Shown here: positions 36,733-48,398 of the stretch, piece after piece
How positions within the stretch are numbered: the stretch's first letter is position 1
Layout of the letters: each line of letters starts with the position of its first letter
Assembly (NCBI RefSeq): GCF_003918875.1
Contig: NW_025764968.1
Location: 124,001-188,000 of the forward strand
DNA from: Haliotis rubra
Taxonomy: Eukaryota
Length of the DNA: 64,000 bases
Direction: 5' to 3'
Program-made: the position numbers and the translations under genes
The notes under the pieces: model-generated
The model's input: the letters and a program-made list of their open reading frames with translations, nothing else
Database searches by the model: none
What the model was told of the DNA's origin: nothing

Positions 36733-37188
36733 TACTGAAAAGCTGTACAAACATCAAATTGATACCACCACTGGCTGGTCAAGTGGTCAAAGGTAATCAC
36801 GATCCTTATCTTTGTCAGTAGCGTTGGGGATCCCAGGGAAAGTCTGGATCAGGTTCTGTGGGCTCTGGGTGAGATCCTATGCCCTGTGCATCATGGATTC
36901 GTAACCTGGATTAACCCATATTGTTTCTAGTTTTGTCTCGGCCTTGCAGAGATCATACTGAACCATGGAGTCTTGAGTCATGGACTGCAGGACCAAGTCT
37001 GTTGATGATCTATAAGATGTGAGTTGGTATGAAGAGTACTGTGGATCGTTGGTAATCAATGTGATAACTGAGAGTCCTATTGGATGATGTTGGAGGAGCT
37101 GTGAGGATGTAGGAGTTTAGGATATTAATCTGACCTAGTATCCTCTTAAGATGTTTCCTTGTAATGTAAATTTCTTTGTTTCTTGCAG

Positions 37189-37277
37189 ATAATGAAGAAG
37201 TGTGATGTGAGCTTGTTGTTCCGAGGAGAATCATTCCCCAACAGCCTAATACCCCAGTATCTCAGACTCCTCGAGAA
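37189..37277 (+). CDS. LRRK2: LRRK2 exon W22, COR-A (IMKKCDVSLLF...QYLRLLE)
   Basis: cttgcag| and |gtaagt; phase 0-2. Confidence 0.94.
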
Positions 37278-37687
37278 GTAAGTACTAAGACATGATAGTA
37301 TGTCAGGATTTCTTGGCTTTGAAATCAAACACATGTGGATCCTGGTCAGAGTAAGGGATATAACTCTGCAATGCAAGTTACAGCTATTGTGAATTTGTTT
37401 GTTGTTTAATGCTGCACTCAGCAATTTTTCAGCAATGTGATGGTGACCTGTAAATAGTCGAGTCTGGGCAAGACAATCCAGTGATTGACATCATGAGCAT
37501 CGATCTACACAATTAGGATATGACAAGAATGAGTTGCTGAACAGTCTTTACGGCCGAACAATTTTGAAGCAAATGATACAGAATATAGTAATTTAGATGA
37601 TGTATATTTAGTAGGGGAGCATCCATTTGTATACTTTGAGGTGGATAGGAAGGTATCTTTTTCCATATTTTCATTTTCTTGTTTCAG

Positions 37688-37788
37688 ATTTGAAATAGCA
37701 TTGCCGAGGAACGAGGAGGAGTTACTGATCCCTTGTCGCCTTCCTGAACAGAAACCTGCCCTCAGAATGCCTAACTTGTCCAAACATG
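37688..37788 (+). CDS. LRRK2: LRRK2 exon W23 (FEIALPRNEEELLIPCRLP...SKH)
   Basis: gtttcag| and |gtaggt; phase 2-1. Confidence 0.95.
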
Positions 37789-37857
37789 GTAGGTTGGGAC
37801 TTGGAGACAGGTCGTCCATTTAAGGGAAGCATGGATGAGAGGGATTTGATGCACTGA

Positions 37858-38073
37858 CAGGGTGGAAAACCATGGACGTCCGAGAGGGGGCAAGCAAATT
37901 TGTATATCACACTGTACTGGTGTCCAGTTGACTTTCCAATGTTAATTATGTTGTTTTATTTAAACAATCAACAAGAAAACGGCCGGTACAGTGGAAAAAT
38001 GATCAGGGCAAGTGATTTTACATGTGCCACTGTACCGGAGTACACTAGCAATTTTAAAGTTATTTCCACCCTG
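37858..38073. mobile_element. hAT-like MITE (11191 family), 5-bp TSD
   Basis: CAGGGTGGAAA...TTTCCACCCTG; TSD ACTGA. Confidence 0.85.
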
Positions 38074-38708
38074 ACTGATGTACAGAAAGTAGTTACTCTC
38101 GTCAATGCAAATTTTTGCTACCCTCGCTATGCGAGAAAAGACAAAATACAGAAGCTGCTTTTGTATATATTATGTCCATTTTTAACCTTCCTAAATATGT
38201 ATTATATTTTATGACTCTACCAAGGAGATTGTGATGTTATTGGGCCCCACTAATTTCCTCTGACCCCTCCCCAAATGATACATGACTGGTCCCTCATGAA
38301 TCCCCACATGGGCAATGTGTAGCCCCTTACCCTAATGTTGCTGAATATTGATGTTGTATTTGTATCAGTAGTAATATGACAGGGATCCCCTGATTGCTGG
38401 TCTAAATTGTAAGCATACATTTCATATATTCATGTCGAGTAATTGCAGAATTTCTGTGAATGGACATTGATGTTTAATTCCTGTAAGTAAAATGTACCTG
38501 TCACCATAACTTTATGTGATATTACGATTGCTGGCAAATTTATCCCTAAGTACATCAATAATTAAACGGTAAGGTAGCTTGTAAGTTACTGGAGGATGAC
38601 TACAGGGATATTGCAGCTATGGACTCCTCAGGCACCCTATTGTTTGTCCATTTGTTGCATATTTTCCTTGTTGGAAGATATCATTGTGTCTTTTGTCCTG
38701 TTTTCCAG

Positions 38709-38809
38709 AGAAGATATCCCGGATCTACTCCATGCCGTTCACGCCGCTGGGCTTTTGGTCTCGTCTCATCACACGTCTCATCGTCTTCTCCAACAGCAAC
38801 GTCACAGAG
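38709..38809 (+). CDS. LRRK2: LRRK2 exon W24, COR-B (EKISRIYSMPFTPLGFWSRLITRLIVFS...)
   Basis: tttccag| and |gtgagt; phase 1-0. Confidence 0.96.
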
Positions 38810-39175
38810 GTGAGTTGCACATCATGTCTGCCTGTCTCATCAATTGAACCAATACTTTCTAAATTGTGCTCATGTGATGATGGAAATATATCAATACAAA
38901 TTAGAGGCAAATATGAAGAAGAAAATAAAGTACATATGAAATATTTGAAAATGTTAGGTGGTAAATATGAATATTTATGGATATTAATGAAGTAATTATT
39001 CCAGTTTGTCTTTTGCAATATTAGTGAAATTTTTTCTACTTTTACCAATACATGTAATTCAGTAACTGAGAACCAATTCTTTGATGTTCATGCTAATTAT
39101 TGAGCAAATATATTTATATAAGTTAGACTGAATCTTAGTGTCAAATGAAGTATTGCTGTTCCATCCATCTTCAAG

Positions 39176-39247
39176 ACCATGATGCAGCTTAGAAGGGAGC
39201 CTCAGATGCAGTACTGGAGACAAGGAATCCTCGTCAAGTGGTCAAAG
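39176..39247 (+). CDS. LRRK2: LRRK2 exon W25, COR-B (TMMQLRREPQMQYWRQGILVKWSK)
   Basis: cttcaag| acceptor (an in-frame CAG lies 12 nt downstream) and |gtaacc; YWRQGI motif; phase 0-0. Confidence 0.9.
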
Positions 39248-40109
39248 GTAACCCTGATCCTAAGATCGGTCAGTAGTGTTAGGGGTCAGTCCCAGTGTTG
39301 AAAGGAGACAAGGCAGAGTGCTGGAGACAGGGATCCCAAGGGAATCTGGTTAGGTGCTTTAGGGTCAGGGTCAGATCCCATGCTGGTGATGAAAGGAGAC
39401 AAGGCAGCCTCAGTGCTGGAGACAGGGATCCTCGTCAAGTGGTCAAAGGTAACTCTGATCCTTATATTGGGCTGTAGTGTTGGGGACCCCAGGGGAATCT
39501 GGGTTAGGTTCTGTGGGCTCAGGGTGAGATCCCATGCTGGTGATGAAAGGTTACCTACTGGATGACTTACTTGATTATGTGCCCTTACATCCCAGTGACA
39601 TGGATTAATGTTCACAATAATGATTATTTTTCCTGGTCCAGACTTCACTATTTACTGGTCACAGTCATAAATCTGGAATATTGCTCAGTGCAATGTTAAA
39701 AACATACATAAACATTAGTAATGGGTTATTTGGTATGTGGTACTTTATATTCAGAAGCATACAAGATTGATGATTGTTCTTGATGAGATTCTGGGTCAGG
39801 ATAGGTCCCCAGCTCTCCAGTAATGCTGAGGAGCTGCGACATTGCAAGTCCTTTACAGCTTGGATTTGTGCCCATGATGTCAACCACTGGATTTCTTGGT
39901 CCTGATTTCTCACTCAAGTGTAAAATAACATTACATTGAGAAAAACAGCTCACCACTCATCAGCTCGCCATTCATCAAAAATAAATCCACTCACCAGCTC
40001 AACCACTCACTCACTCACTCACTCACTCAGTATTTTACAAATCTGTCTGTACAGAGCTGGATATCATTGGCATGCCAGAGACCACATGTTCTTTTCATCA
40101 ACTCTTCCA

Positions 40110-40925
40110 TCATACAACTCACCCAACCACCAGTTATCTCACCCAGCCATCCATACATCAACTCGCCCAAACACCCGCCATCTCACCCAGCCTTCCATAC
40201 ATCAACTCACCCAACCACCAGTCATCTCACCCAGCCATCCATACATCAACTCACCCAACCACCAGTCATCTCACCCAGCCATCCATACATCAACTCACCC
40301 AACCACCAGTCATCTCATCTCAGCCATCCATACATCAACTCACCCAACCACCAGTCATCTCACCCAGCCATCCATACATCAACTCACCCAACCACCAGTC
40401 ATCTCACCCAGCCATCCATACATCAACTCACCCAACCACCAGTCATCTCACCCAGCCATCCATACATCAACTCACCCAACCACCAGTCATCTCACCCAGC
40501 CATCCATACATCAACTCACCCAACCACCAGTCATCTCACCCAGCCATCCATACATCAACTCACCCAACCACCAGTCATCTCACCCAGCCATCCATACATC
40601 AACTCACCCAACCACCAGTCATCTCACCCAGCCATCCATACATCAACTCACCCAACCACCAGTCATCTCACCCAGCCATCCTTATATCAACTCGACCAAC
40701 CACCAGTCATCTCACCCAGCCATCCATACATCAACTCACCCAACCACCAGTCATCTCACCCAGCCATCCATACATCAACTCACCCAACCACCAGTCATCT
40801 CACCCAGCCATCCATACATCAACACACCCAACCACCAGTCATCTCACCCAGCCATCCATACATCAACTCACCCAAACACCCATCCAACAACTTACCCAAT
40901 AACCCATCAACTCACCCATCCACAC
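40110..40925. repeat. 44-bp C/A-rich minisatellite (about 17 copies) with degenerate flanks to about 41115
   Basis: Unit CATCAACTCACCCAACCACCAGTCATCTCACCCAGCCATCCATA. Confidence 0.96.
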
Positions 40926-41131
40926 AGCCATCAACTCAGACACAATCCATCAGTTCACTCACTGTTTAGCAATTCACCCATGCCCACGCCCACACACACA
41001 CTCACACGCCTGTGCCTGCATACACCGACACCAGCACCCGCACATGCACACACCCATGTCAATGATCTCACCCACCCATCAATGATCTCACCCACCCGTC
41101 AATGATCTCACCCACTCGCTGACTGTTTCAG

Positions 41132-41217
41132 AGTGCCTTCTTCCTGGTGGATGCTACCAAGCAGCAGGAGAGCGAGGAGTTGTACATCACAGTGCCAGCC
41201 TCACAGCATGGCTACCA
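41132..41217 (+). CDS. LRRK2: LRRK2 exon W26, COR-B (SAFFLVDAT...LYITVPASQHGY)
   Basis: gtttcag| and |gtaggt; phase 0-2. Confidence 0.93.
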
Positions 41218-41749
41218 GTAGGTCCACACATCTACACTCACGACGTAACTTGGTCATACTAAACTGATTAGAATACAGATTAACTATCGTCATATGAAAG
41301 AATCAGGTTTTCTTTAACCCATTTTGAGTTTTATATGCTACTCACACTTTGATAAGGATCACAGAAAGTCACGACTTTACTTAATCGTAGATTTATAATA
41401 TGAAATTGTATCCTTTTAAAAGTGGATAAATAACCCCTTTTTAGGCAGACAGCCACTTTATTTTAACCTTATGTACTTGAAACATGACTAACCAGAAAAT
41501 GGTTTTCATGGCACCACTCAACCATTTTGCAAATCATGGAACGAGTCATTGACAAATAAACAACACTTGTGAATAGCAGGTACGGATCCACAAGATGCAA
41601 TGACATACTGACACCTAGGAACCATGCTTACATAAGCTTAGATATTTAAACCAAATTTGACCCCACATCATAGTTTTCTGTTGAATCCATGATTTGATCT
41701 TTAGCAAAGTGTGAATAGTATATATTCTTCTGATGTCAGATCTGGTATA

Positions 41750-41912
41750 TAAACTCATAGAAATGAATACAGGAACACATGAAAGTACAAGTGTTCCTCT
41801 ATTTATTTCCAGAATTTCACTCACAGTGCAATACATACCTTGTGAAGAAACCTGGAAAAGAATAAAGGAACACTTGTACTTTCATGTGTTCCCGTATTCG
41901 TTTCCATGAGTA
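41750..41912. mobile_element. Palindromic MITE (30234 family)
   Basis: Inverted copy of 30234-30394. Confidence 0.85.
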
Positions 41913-42201
41913 TATTTTGAAAGGAATATCCAAAGTTGAAATCTCAGCTGAATAAGATATGGAAGAAATGGCCAAGGCTGAAATCTCTCTTCACTGCCAT
42001 AAAATTACTTTTTGATTATTTGAAATAAACCAAAAACATGTAGCTGCCTGATTTGTCTTTTGCCATGGCCACTTTTAATATTTATTTTAGGACAATGTTT
42101 GTCTAGAACCTTAAAGTAGGTGCTGACAAGTTCATAACTAATTATGCACCCACAAACAAGAGTCCAGTGACTTCTTCGAGTGGCATTGAAAAGTTGGTGT
42201 T

Positions 42202-42345
42202 TTGAACAACGAGGAGAGTCCTATGGATATACAACTTCTTTTTATTAATATAATCGATGACGATGGTGTTAGTAGCTACACTGAAACGTCGCTCATATTA
42301 ATAATACGGAAGTTGTATGTCCATAGGACTCTCCTCGATGTTCAA
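42202..42345. mobile_element. Inverted repeat enclosing a degenerate hammerhead-like motif (Penelope-like remnant)
   Basis: About 50-bp inverted arms around TGACGA-TGGTGT..ACACT-GAAACGTC. Confidence 0.55.
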
Positions 42346-42403
42346 GAGTCCACTGTATTATCAATAGGGACTGAGGGAAATACTCCTGCTGTCTCTGTTG
42401 CAG

Positions 42404-42531
42404 ACTTCTGGGCTTCCTGGCTGATCATATCGATGCTCTCATAGATGAGTGGTACCCCGGTTTAACCAGCATTGACCCCATCCTTGGCCGGGAGCTCCTG
42501 GAGAAGTTTGTTCCCTGTGTTAAGTGTAAAG
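42404..42531 (+). CDS. LRRK2: LRRK2 exon W27, COR-B (LLGFLADHIDALIDEWYPGL...FVPCVKCK)
   Basis: gttgcag| and |gtacac; phase 2-1. Confidence 0.96.
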
Positions 42532-42619
42532 GTACACACTCCAGCTCATCAATGGATTAGGATTTTACCACTGCCACAAGATAATGTTCTTGTCTTTCTT
42601 CTTGTATTGCTTTGGTTTG

Positions 42620-42842
42620 GTTTGGGTTTTTAAATGCCACACTCAGCAATATTTCAGCTGTATGGCAATGGTCCGTTAATAATCAAGTGATCAACAGCAT
42701 GAGCATCAATCTATGCAATTTGGAGACGAGGGGTGACATGTGTCAACCGAGTCAGCCAGTCTGACAACCTGATCCTGTTAGTCACCTCCTACGACAAGCA
42801 TGGGTTGCTGAAGGCAAATTATAAACTGGATCCTCACGGGTC
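42620..42842 (-). mobile_element. SINE-like repeat family B
   Basis: Reverse complement of the 47996 family. Confidence 0.8.
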
Positions 42843-42966
42843 TTATTTCATGTAAACAGACACACATTCAAAATCATAACAGTCAAGGCAACTGGAAGAT
42901 ATTCTTTGCAATTAACAGATTTTACATAATTTTTAAAACCTGCTGATGGCTGTTTGTGCTCTGCAG

Positions 42967-43073
42967 GGCCTGAACCGTACAAGTTTGTGTTTGAGGATCT
43001 GCTGCGACAGTCAGAGAGGAGTGATGTCATCAAATGCCCGTACCACGAAGATGACGTGCAGCTGGCAGATCTG
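42967..43073 (+). CDS. LRRK2: LRRK2 exon W28 (GPEPYKFVFEDLL...KCPYHEDDVQLADL)
   Basis: tctgcag| and |gtgaga; phase 1-0. Confidence 0.93.
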
Positions 43074-43691
43074 GTGAGATATTGACATTTATACCATGGT
43101 TTCAGCCGAGTACCGGCAACTTGCAGACTTTAGTCTTGAATAAATTCATGACATGGCTTTTCAAGCCTGCAGCACTGTTATTGATGCTGTTTTCCAACTA
43201 AAACTTAGAGTGCAATTCCCACCATATTCATAATAACGAGAACATGGAAACACAAACATGTTACATAGTAATTTTCAGTTAAGGATAGAAGTGTATGTTT
43301 AAGGGAATGTTTAACATTATGTTGAGGTCTGCACTTTGACATATACATGCAACCACCAGTCATGTGCAGTGAGATATAGAGTACGTCAATATGCCTTTAA
43401 GGGTGACCACAAATGGGAAGGATTGATTTTTGCAGTTTTAAGCCAGAACAATTTTCAGTATGCTATTGGCATCAAAATACAGGGAACTCCAACTATCTCA
43501 TCATCATCTTACTGAACAAATATAAGAAATTATTGAGTCTTACCTCGTGAATATTGAATAAGTGGTTATTAGTTGGGAAGAATATATTGTATTAAAATAA
43601 TTTTGTTCTATGTACGATTAAGAAATGACTATGTTTAGTAAATCATGTAGATGATGTATGGGAAATGTACATTACTCTGTTTCCCCTCCAG

Positions 43692-43765
43692 GCACCAGAT
43701 GTGATGTTGAGAGATTTGGAAGATAAGTTCCACATGGATTGTGATCAGCTGGAGCTGAAGGAGAG
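43692..43765 (+). CDS. LRRK2: LRRK2 exon W29 (APDVMLRDLEDKFHMDCDQLELKE)
   Basis: cctccag| and |gtacgt; phase 0-2. Confidence 0.94.
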
Positions 43766-44606
43766 GTACGTGGAGGGGTCACTGAATCCTGGATCTGCAG
43801 CAGTAGTTGTGTTTTAGTGATGTATGGTTTCATACACAGCATGTAATCATCTATTTATTTTACTGTATTCTCCCAGCATTTAGTGTTATCTAACTATATA
43901 TTCTAAATGTATAACATTTCTAGTCACAATATGGCTACATGCCTCTAAATCGTACTCACCTGCCTCATACCAATGGTAGCACGTGTAGTTACAGGTTGTT
44001 ATCCCTTGTCACTTGTGAAGGGGATATAACTTGGGGTTTCATCCACCCAATTTCAGTGGAGAAAAACAAATTTTTGTAAACCCACTATAGACAGGAAGAT
44101 GAAATATTGCATTAATTATATAGTAATTAAATATATTGAAAACCAGTAGGCTATTGGAAATATATTTCTGACAGAGTTATGGCCCTTGTCTTATCCCCTT
44201 GGTTTGAGACTGTATCAGCTTTGCTGACCATGCCAGCACCCTCTCCCTTTTTTGAGTAACATGTTTTAATATCCTCCCTGAGTCTTCTTGTACATATTGT
44301 TCAATTTCATAACTTATATTTTTCTATTAGAACTGTCATTTGTGATTTTATATACTGCTGCTTGCCCCGCCCAAATCTCACTGCCACACTGTATCCCCAC
44401 ACCCCCACCTCCATCCCTCCCCTTCTCTCATAACTGACAGTGCGTTATATGTTTGCTTCAGTATACCCAATCATCAAACACAAATTGAATACACATTTTC
44501 AGTGTGCTTTAGCTCAGACAGTGATGCACATCCTTATTTCCATGTGTGACATCTACAAGATTAACAGCACATGTGGCCTAATAAAACCGAGTATCTTTAC
44601 TTGCAG

Positions 44607-44670
44607 TTCCGAGTACTTGCTTGGTGATGGGGGTTTCGGGGCTGTCTTCAAAGCCATCTATAAGAACCAG
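44607..44670 (+). CDS. LRRK2: LRRK2 exon W30, kinase Gly loop (SEYLLGDGGFGAVFKAIYKNQ)
   Basis: cttgcag| and |gtacat; phase 2-0. Confidence 0.96.
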
Positions 44671-44740
44671 GTACATCAAATTTCTAATTGGGAGTTAACG
44701 TAATCCCTATTCTATTTTAGTAAAGGTAAGTAATCAGAAC

Positions 44741-45098
44741 CATACCTGTGAACTCTCACGTATCCTGCGTGAGACTCATGCATTTTACTTCAATGTCATG
44801 CAATTACCTCTCAAAACTCACGCATCATTTAAAAAATATATTAAAAAATTGTTTAACAATGTAACATGCAATTATACTGAGAGAACATAGTTGTAGGACA
44901 GATATATCCAGATTATAAGAAAATTGTGAAATATTTGTTAATTGTTTATGTTTTTAAGTGTGTTTTTTTTTTGCCTTATAAACTACCACTAAATGACATA
45001 AAAATTATCTATAAATAATGTTCAACCCCCCACCCAGGGTGTCACCCCCTGGCCCCCAGCTTCTCACTCATTGGAACTCTCAGTGGTTGACAGCTATG
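44741..45098. mobile_element. MITE with CA...TG termini
   Basis: TIRs CATACCTGTGAAC / GTTGACAGCTATG; flanks CAGAAC and CAGACC. Confidence 0.6.
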
Positions 45099-45314
45099 CA
45101 GACCTGTCTTGAAGTCAATGTCCATTTCTTTATGATGACAGGCAACAGCTTTGTAGCTAATGAATATTGTAGGAAACTATATGTTACATAACAATGCAAC
45201 ATTGGAACTCAGTGTTCATGAAACAGTCATTTTCTTGGCCAAAAATGGTACAAATGTATAATGTTATTCACATAATGAAATGAATGTTTGACATGCCATA
45301 TGTTGATGTTTTAG

Positions 45315-45380
45315 GTGGTTGCTGCCAAAGTGTTTGCTGCGATTGGCGACGTCCATCCTCACAAGATGCTGAGACAGGAG
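45315..45380 (+). CDS. LRRK2: LRRK2 exon W31, kinase VAxK and alphaC (VVAAKVF...MLRQE)
   Basis: gttttag| and |gtatgt; phase 0-0. Confidence 0.95.
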
Positions 45381-45411
45381 GTATGTCACTCTTGTAAAGA
45401 ACTACACATTA

Positions 45412-45572
45412 CATGGGCGGATCCAGGAATTTTGAAAGGAGGGGGTTCAGGGGTTTGAACCCCCTCAACCCCCCATTGGCTCTACCAACGCAAAAAATCT
45501 TTAATTTGATCTTAAGTCATTTTGAAAAGGGGGGTCCGAACCCCCTGAACCCCCCCTCAGGATCCGCCAATG
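45412..45572. mobile_element. hAT-like MITE, 5-bp TSD
   Basis: TIRs CATGGGCGGATCC / GGATCCGCCAATG; TSD CATTA. Confidence 0.82.
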
Positions 45573-45787
45573 CATTATGGGAATACACTATAGTGTCGTC
45601 TATAATGGCAGTGTCTCCACAGTTTGACCAGAGTTCAGTGGAGATCTACCTGAAGGGAGGTAGGGGTCGTGGGATAGCCTATGGGTTAAGGTGGTTGCTC
45701 TTCATGACAAAGGTCTAGATTCTATTCCCTATAGTGGGTTAAACTGTTGGGAGTTTCATCTGCCATGATATTGTGGATTTTTGCTAA

Positions 45788-46097
45788 GGCCAGACCAAGT
45801 TTATTTTGTGTTTTATGGATCCGCCGGTTATACTTTTTCAAGAATAAGAAAAAATAATAATAATAATTTTCCCTGCTTAAAAAAGTAAAATTCTAATGTT
45901 TTCTAATGTAAAATTACACAGAAAGTGTTTTTGAGATTGTTTTGTACCCCAAATACACCCTATAAAATGCCAAAAGTAAAATACTTTTACCATTTAAAAG
46001 GAATATTACTTTGACTAGTGACTTTTTTTAAAACTATTTTTCCTCCTGCCTTTAGGTTCTCTGAAGACAAAAATCCGTGCAACAAGAAATAAAATTG
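45788..46097. mobile_element. PIF/Harbinger-like MITE (31302 family), right end eroded
   Basis: TAA-GGCCAGACCAAG start; body homologous to 31302. Confidence 0.75.
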
Positions 46098-46465
46098 TTA
46101 CTGGTACTGGCGTTACTCTTTCATCAGTACCAGGGCATAAAGTGATAAATATCTGAGATTTGCTTTACTTTGGGATTTCCTTTTACATTAAACTGACATG
46201 AGTTAATTATCATTAGTTTATGTTATGAACTTGGAAAAGCACCTCTCACTTAAATGGTTAGCTCAGTATTATTTGCAATATTACCATTGTGTATTGCTAC
46301 CAGAAATTAAAGTGACTGAGCTAATATCCAAGATTATACAGTCCCACATCATTCCTTGATGGGTGTAGCTCAGTGGTTAAAGTGTCCGCTCGTCGCACTG
46401 AAAACCCGGGTACATTGTGTAAAACTCAACTCACTCTCTCATTCATTCCTTGATGTATGTTCCAG

Positions 46466-46636
46466 GCCACCATCCTGAGACGACTGAACCACCCTAGTGT
46501 GGTGTCCCTGATCTCGGTGGGACTCCGCCCAAGCAGGGTGGTGTTGCTGGAGTTAGCTGCCCTTGGTTCACTGGGGTCACTGTTGAAGGGCAACAAGCCT
46601 CTAAGCAGATCCTTACAACACAGAATAGCTGTCCAG
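46466..46636 (+). CDS. LRRK2: LRRK2 exon W32, kinase hinge (ATILRRLNHPSVVSL...LELAALGSL...LQHRIAVQ)
   Basis: gttccag| and |gtagag; phase 0-0. Confidence 0.96.
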
Positions 46637-46943
46637 GTAGAGTCAGTGATGCTTCAACTAATCTATGGATAACAGCACTTTTAAAGAAAACCATTTTGAT
46701 ATATATAGATATAGCGGTAGTCTATTCTGTTTGTGTTGTATTTATGTGGTAAAGTGGTGGGAATGCTGCAATTTGATTGTTTGAAAAAAATATGGTCTAT
46801 GAGATTGTTACTTGTTTGTCTTTTGTTTCTTATTTGAATGATTTTTATATTTTTAGCAGTATTGTGTGTTTTGAACCAACAAGACAACACAATCAACACA
46901 GATTCTGAACATAATAAATATCCAGACAATGGTTTCTCCCTAG

Positions 46944-47042
46944 GTGGCTGAAGGCCTCCAGTATCTCCATCTGCTGATGGTGGTGTACCGCGACCTCAAG
47001 CCGGACAATGTCCTTATCTTCAGCAACTCCCCCAGCGCCCTG
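46944..47042 (+). CDS. LRRK2: LRRK2 exon W33, catalytic loop (VAEGLQYLH...YRDLKPDNVLIF...)
   Basis: tccctag| and |gtaggt; phase 0-0. Confidence 0.97.
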
Positions 47043-47246
47043 GTAGGTACCAGTTCCATGCTACTCTATCATATAATTCATTCAAGATTTGACATTTCTT
47101 TTTGCATGTACAGGACACAAAGACATGGCTGAAATATTGCTGAAAGCAGTGTAAAACAACATTCAGTGGCCTATTTTACTGCAGCGTGTAAACAGCTCCT
47201 GAACCTTCACATCAAGATTGGGTGACTGTTCCTGTTCTGTGTGCAG

Positions 47247-47477
47247 GTGAACGCCAAGATCTCTGACTACGGCATCTCCCAGTTCACGACCCTGTATGGG
47301 CTGACCGCCCAGGAGGGGACGCCAGCCTACAGGGCCCCCGAGGTGGTCCGGAGGGAGACTTACTCCTTCCAGGCGGACGTCTTCTCATTCGGCATCACAT
47401 TGTACTGCCTGCTGACGGGTCGACATCCATATGACGAGCTTGAGTTCAAGTCAGAGATGGACAAGGCTGTCGCTGAG
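47247..47477 (+). CDS. LRRK2: LRRK2 exon W34, DYG/activation loop (VNAKISDYGI...GTPAYRAPE...ADVFSFG...)
   Basis: tgtgcag| and |gtgtgt; LRRK-typical DYG; phase 0-0. Confidence 0.97.
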
Positions 47478-47995
47478 GTGTGTGTTTGGTGCTAAATGTG
47501 GAAATATTCACTCAAATTTCTTGTTTTGATAAAATCTATACCCACATAACTTATTAAGCTTCATAAACATGTTTTACAACTATCGTGGCTTGAATTGAAA
47601 TAAGGACTCTTGATTATGAGGGTTGATTATGGGACACAATATGTCCTCCCTGGAAATGGAAGATAACCAACAAGGATCATATATATATATGTTAATTCAT
47701 GATCCAGAATTTGTTCAACTCATGACTTTCACAAGATAATATATGTTAAAGCAAAAAAGGATTTATTGTGAGGTGAAAAGGAAGATCAGTAAAATGATTT
47801 CACTTGTCTAGTTATGGGTGTAGACAGATTTTACTAGACTGGACTTACGCTGGTTTCACAATGCTAGCCCGTTACGTTGACGTATATACACAATGATGTT
47901 TAAAGTAGGTCGTTATTGTATTTTATGATATCTTTGTATTCATGTAAGATTTGTTAAATAGTATTGTATAACTATTAGTACATTATGCCTGTGTA

Positions 47996-48241
47996 CCCGT
48001 GAAGATCCGGGTTAGAATATTGATCTTCAGTAACCCATGCTTGTCGTAAGAGGCAACTAACGGGATCGGGTGTCAGGCTCGCTGACTTGGTTGACACATG
48101 TCATCGGTTCCCAACTGCGCAGATCGATACTCATGCTGTTGATCACTGGATTGTCTGGTCCAGACTCGATTATTTACAGACCACCGCCATATAGCTGGAA
48201 TATTGCTGAGAGCGGCGTAAAACTAAACTCACTCACTCACT
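47996..48241 (+). mobile_element. SINE-like repeat family B (best-preserved copy)
   Basis: ACCCGTGAAGATCCGGGTTAGAAT...GTCGTAAGAGGCAACTAACGGG...AAACTAAACTCACTCACTC. Confidence 0.88.
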
Positions 48242-48293
48242 ATGTCTGTGTTTGCTATAACCTTGTTTTACTGTGTTTTACTCTGTCCATCAG

Positions 48294-48398
48294 AACCGAC
48301 CCGTCCAAGCTATCACTCAGAGAGGTCAGGCACCATGGCCAGACATGCAGGATGTCATTACACAGTGCTTGCAGCAGATCCCAGACCATAGACCCACG
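48294..48398 (+). CDS. LRRK2: LRRK2 exon W35, kinase C-lobe (NRPVQA...APWPDM...CLQQIPDHRPT)
   Basis: ccatcag| and |gtcagt; phase 0-0. Confidence 0.95.

Noticed and set aside
39936-41105. His/Pro/Thr-rich ORFs up to 389 aa
   Set aside because: All three frames are open because the 44-bp repeat lacks stops; W25 splices in phase to W26 across it.
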